Assembly: GCA_964016885.1 (NCBI GenBank)
Contig: OZ024741.1
Location: 330,150,001-330,214,000, forward strand
Length of the DNA stretch: 64,000 nucleotides
Reading direction: 5' to 3'
From: Eledone cirrhosa
Taxonomy: Eukaryota
The notes beneath the pieces were generated by a model, which did no database searches, was not told the origin of the DNA, and saw only the letters and a list, made by a program, of their open reading frames with translations. How positions within the stretch are numbered: position 1 is the stretch's first letter; the number at the start of each line of letters is the position of its first letter. This document shows positions 60,850-64,000 of the stretch, one piece after another. The position numbers were made by a program, and so were the translations under genes.

Positions 60850-62326
60850 CTGGTGGATATAAAATAACAAGAGAAATTTATTATTAACTGAAAGTTTTCT
60901 TTTACTGCTTATTTTTTTTAGTCTTGTCTCTCTCACAATTCTGATACCAACCAACCCACTCACCCCAAACCACCTCCCTTTTTAAGAAAAAAAATAAACA
61001 CCCATTTTAAAGGATTCCTATTTAAATTAAAACTTTCCAACATAATTTTATACAAGAACATTTCCTTATACTGCAAATATCATTTTAATGCAATTATAAT
61101 TTTAGTAAATCTTTCTCAAATTTTTCATTCAGTTAATTAAAATACAAAGTATTTCATTAGAAATATGCAACATTTGTAATGTAATGGGAGAGAGAGAGAA
61201 TGGAGTTTATAAGCAGAGGGATGTGCAAAAAATAAGATGCTGTACTGTAGTGAAAAAAACCCTGAGTAGTGTTTATGAGGGTCAACTGAAAAGTTCATAG
61301 GCTAACGAAGACACTCTCATGGAATGACCAAATGAGGTTTATTTTTCAACATATTCCCTGGAAAGAAACAATGCAGTTATTAATAAGAAGAGTTGAAATT
61401 AATAGATGCAAGATTTCACCAGCCAATCCACGTATATGAAGTATTGCGGGGTGTGTGGTTATGATTGTTTAAGGAAAGTTGGCACAGTATAAGTTAGAAA
61501 TACAAGAATGAAAGCTAGTGCAAAGTAAAGTAGAGGTAGAAATAAGCATATATATATGTGTGTGTGTGTATATATATACACACACACATATATATATATC
61601 TGCTTATTTATATATATATATATATATGTGGGTGGTTTTGAGGTATCACTTCTCTGTTTTTAGCCTAAGAAAATATCTATATGCGTGTGTAATTAATACA
61701 CGCATACATTTATTTTTTAAAAATTAATTGAGTTCTTAACACGCAGGATTGATAATGTTTTTGAAAAAACTAATTAACCCACGTGTATATTATTTTACTT
61801 TTCTCGTGAATCGTGGTTGTCTCCCTTTTCCGCTTCGTGACGCTATGATACTTCCTCTGTCAAAAGACTGCTGGAATTTCAAATTTGGCGGTCATTCGAT
61901 GCGTGAAGGGACGACTTAACGGACATGAAAATTAACTGCGGTAAGGAATTTTTTCTTATATCAAAGTTTAATGGGCTTCCACTGACGATTTATAAGTGCC
62001 CACCTAATTATATTTCTTACATGAAAATATGTTAGGCTTCTACATAAACTGGAAACTTTCTCCCAACTTGTAGAAAACTTATAATGAAACAATTGTTTGG
62101 AAAGAGAGATATATTTTAACTTTAATTATATCTCATATAAAATAATACAACTGGCTTTCCACAAAATACATATAGTTAGCACCCCAAACACTTAAATTAG
62201 GTTTATACTAACGTATAACCTAATGTTTGTTGAGTGAGATGGTTACCAGTCGGAGTTTAGCTTAAAGCTATCTCTGTTATTGTATTAAATATATATATAT
62301 ATATATATATATATTTATTTTTTCAT

Positions 62327-62662
62327 GGAGGCACATGGCTTAGTGGTTAAAGCATTGGCCTTGCAATCGAAAGGTTATGAGTTCAATTCTCAGACCAGGT
62401 GATGTGTTGTTTCCTTGAGCAAGACACTTTATTTCACATTGCTCCAGTTTACTCAGCTGTAGAAATGAGGTCCATATCATTCCACTGGGGTCCATATCAT
62501 TCCACTGCAAAGTGGTCGTGGAGGTGCCACGGCAAAAAAGCACCCAGCACTCACTGTAAATGAGGTTGTGTTAGGAAGGGCATCCAACTGTAGAAATCAA
62601 GCCAGAATCAGTTCCCGTCCCATCCTTGCAAGCAGGGAAAAGTGGACATAAAATGAAATGAT
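62327..62662 (+). mobile_element. full-length tRNA/CORE SINE with RTE tail
   Basis: Near-identical to 33540-33920. Confidence 0.85.
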
Positions 62663-62768
62663 ATTTGGTGTGGGATGCTTAAAGCGGTCCATATGTGGTA
62701 GGCCGTTTGAGCACTCGATGCTCTTACAGAGCAGAGTATAATAATGGTGCGACGAATTAGAGTTTATT

Positions 62769-62854
62769 AGACATATTATAATCGTTTCTCTGGCGACCAG
62801 ATCGATGCGATGATTGAACCTGACCCTGAAATCGCAAGTTCTTCAGACACGTCT
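62769..62854 (-). ncRNA. hammerhead-like motif (probably decayed) with branched stem II
   Basis: agacgtgt-CTGAAGA-...-GAAAC-gatt-ATA-atatgtct. 8-bp stem I, stem III mismatched. Confidence 0.45.
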
Positions 62855-62894
62855 CAATCAGAGTTTCCAAATGTCCTGTTTATCCTTCCAGCCA

Positions 62895-64000
62895 TGAGTA
62901 TAGTGAGGAATTTAGCGTACAGGTCGGTGTCCACCAGGGCTCTGTTCTTAGCCTCCCCTGTTCATCATAGTCCTGCAGGCAATAACGGAGGAGTTTAAGA
63001 CCGGATGCCCATGGGAACTCCTATATGCAGGGACTGCAAGCAGCAAACAGCCACAGGAGAGAAGTACCACCAAACTCTGGGAGGGCTCTGTAGAAACAGT
63101 AGACAGTGTCTGCTACCTAGGTGACCGAATTAGAAATGGAGGTGGGTGTTCAGAAAGTACAATAACTAGGGTAAGAATGGGATGGAAGCAGTTCAGGGAG
63201 CTACTGCCACTGCTAGCTGCAAAAGGCTTTTCCCTCAAAATGAAAGGCAGACTGTATGATGCGTGTATCCGAACAGCGATGTTGCATGGTAGTGAGACCT
63301 GGGCGCTGAAGGTGGAAGACTTACGTAGATTAGAAAGAAACGAACCCTGCATGCTCTGATGGATGTGTAATTGTAATATACGCGAACGTCAAAGCATAAT
63401 TGAATTGAGAGAGAGACTGAGCATAAGAGGAATCAAATGCTGTGTGCAGGAGAGGCGGTTGCGTTGGTATGGACATGTGATGTGTATGAAGGATGACAGC
63501 TGCATAAAAAGGTGCAGAGCACTAGAAGTCGATGGAAACCGCGGAGTGGGGAGACCGAAGAAGACCTGGGATGAGGTGATAAAAGCCGACCTTACCCAAT
63601 TACACCTCTCAAAGGCGATAACACTCGACCGTGACCTCTGGCGTCACGTAGTAATACAGAAGACCCGACCCCCCATGGGTACAAGCCGAAGCTGAAGCAT
63701 ATAGACAATATGCCCCCACCCCCTCCCACTGCAAAGTTGATGTGGAGGTGCCATGGCAAAAAAGCATCCAGCCCACACTGTAAACTGGACGTGTAGGCGC
63801 CATGGAAAAAAAGCACCCAGCACTCACCGTAAATAAGGTTGGTGTTAGGAAGGGCATCCTGCTGTAGAAATCAAGCCAGAATCAGTTCCCGTATAAGCAA
63901 GACAAGGTCAGCTGACCGGACACTGCCCACAACAGGACAACCTGTCTAACCCATGCTAGTGTGGAAGAACGGACGTAAAACGGTGATGATGATGATGATA
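62895..64000 (+). mobile_element. truncated, internally deleted RTE-clade LINE
   Basis: VGVHQGSVL, TGCPWELLYA, MLHGSETW, RLRWYGHV, GRPKKTW, then 3'UTR and (GAT)n tail. Confidence 0.9.

Noticed and set aside
61277-61355. Possible NF-YA upstream exon or regulatory element
   Set aside because: Resembles a mariner terminal fragment (TA-TGAGGGTCAACTGAAAAGTTC), with no supportable exon.

Overview
AT-rich, repeat-dense eukaryotic genomic DNA. The SINE/RTE repeat families and gene structure suggest a coleoid cephalopod, probably an octopus (inference). Three intron-containing genes lie on the minus strand. (1) The first coding exon of an unidentified Ser/Thr/acidic-rich protein (9806-10223). (2) A complete 8-exon PAICS (ADE2-type SAICAR synthetase/AIR carboxylase; about 422 aa, 17988-39294), with a predicted 7-nt first coding exon next to an E2F + E-box promoter. 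(3) The last four exons of an NF-YA whose DNA-contacting GxGGRF motif reads GQGGVF (53169-60849). The rest is mostly mobile DNA: a full-length mariner with an open DD34D ORF, decayed maT/rosa/Tc1-type elements, RTE, L1/Tx1, RLE-type and Penelope-like retroelement remnants, CORE-type and other tRNA-SINEs, piggyBac-like MITEs, Helitron pieces, satellites and one 200-N gap. The most unusual signals are a set of type I hammerhead-ribozyme motifs, several with palindromic stem III and greatly enlarged stem II, and a fold-back Helitron junction centred on a 37-bp CTAG...CTAG palindrome that recurs elsewhere. All structures were folded by eye and none was tested computationally.
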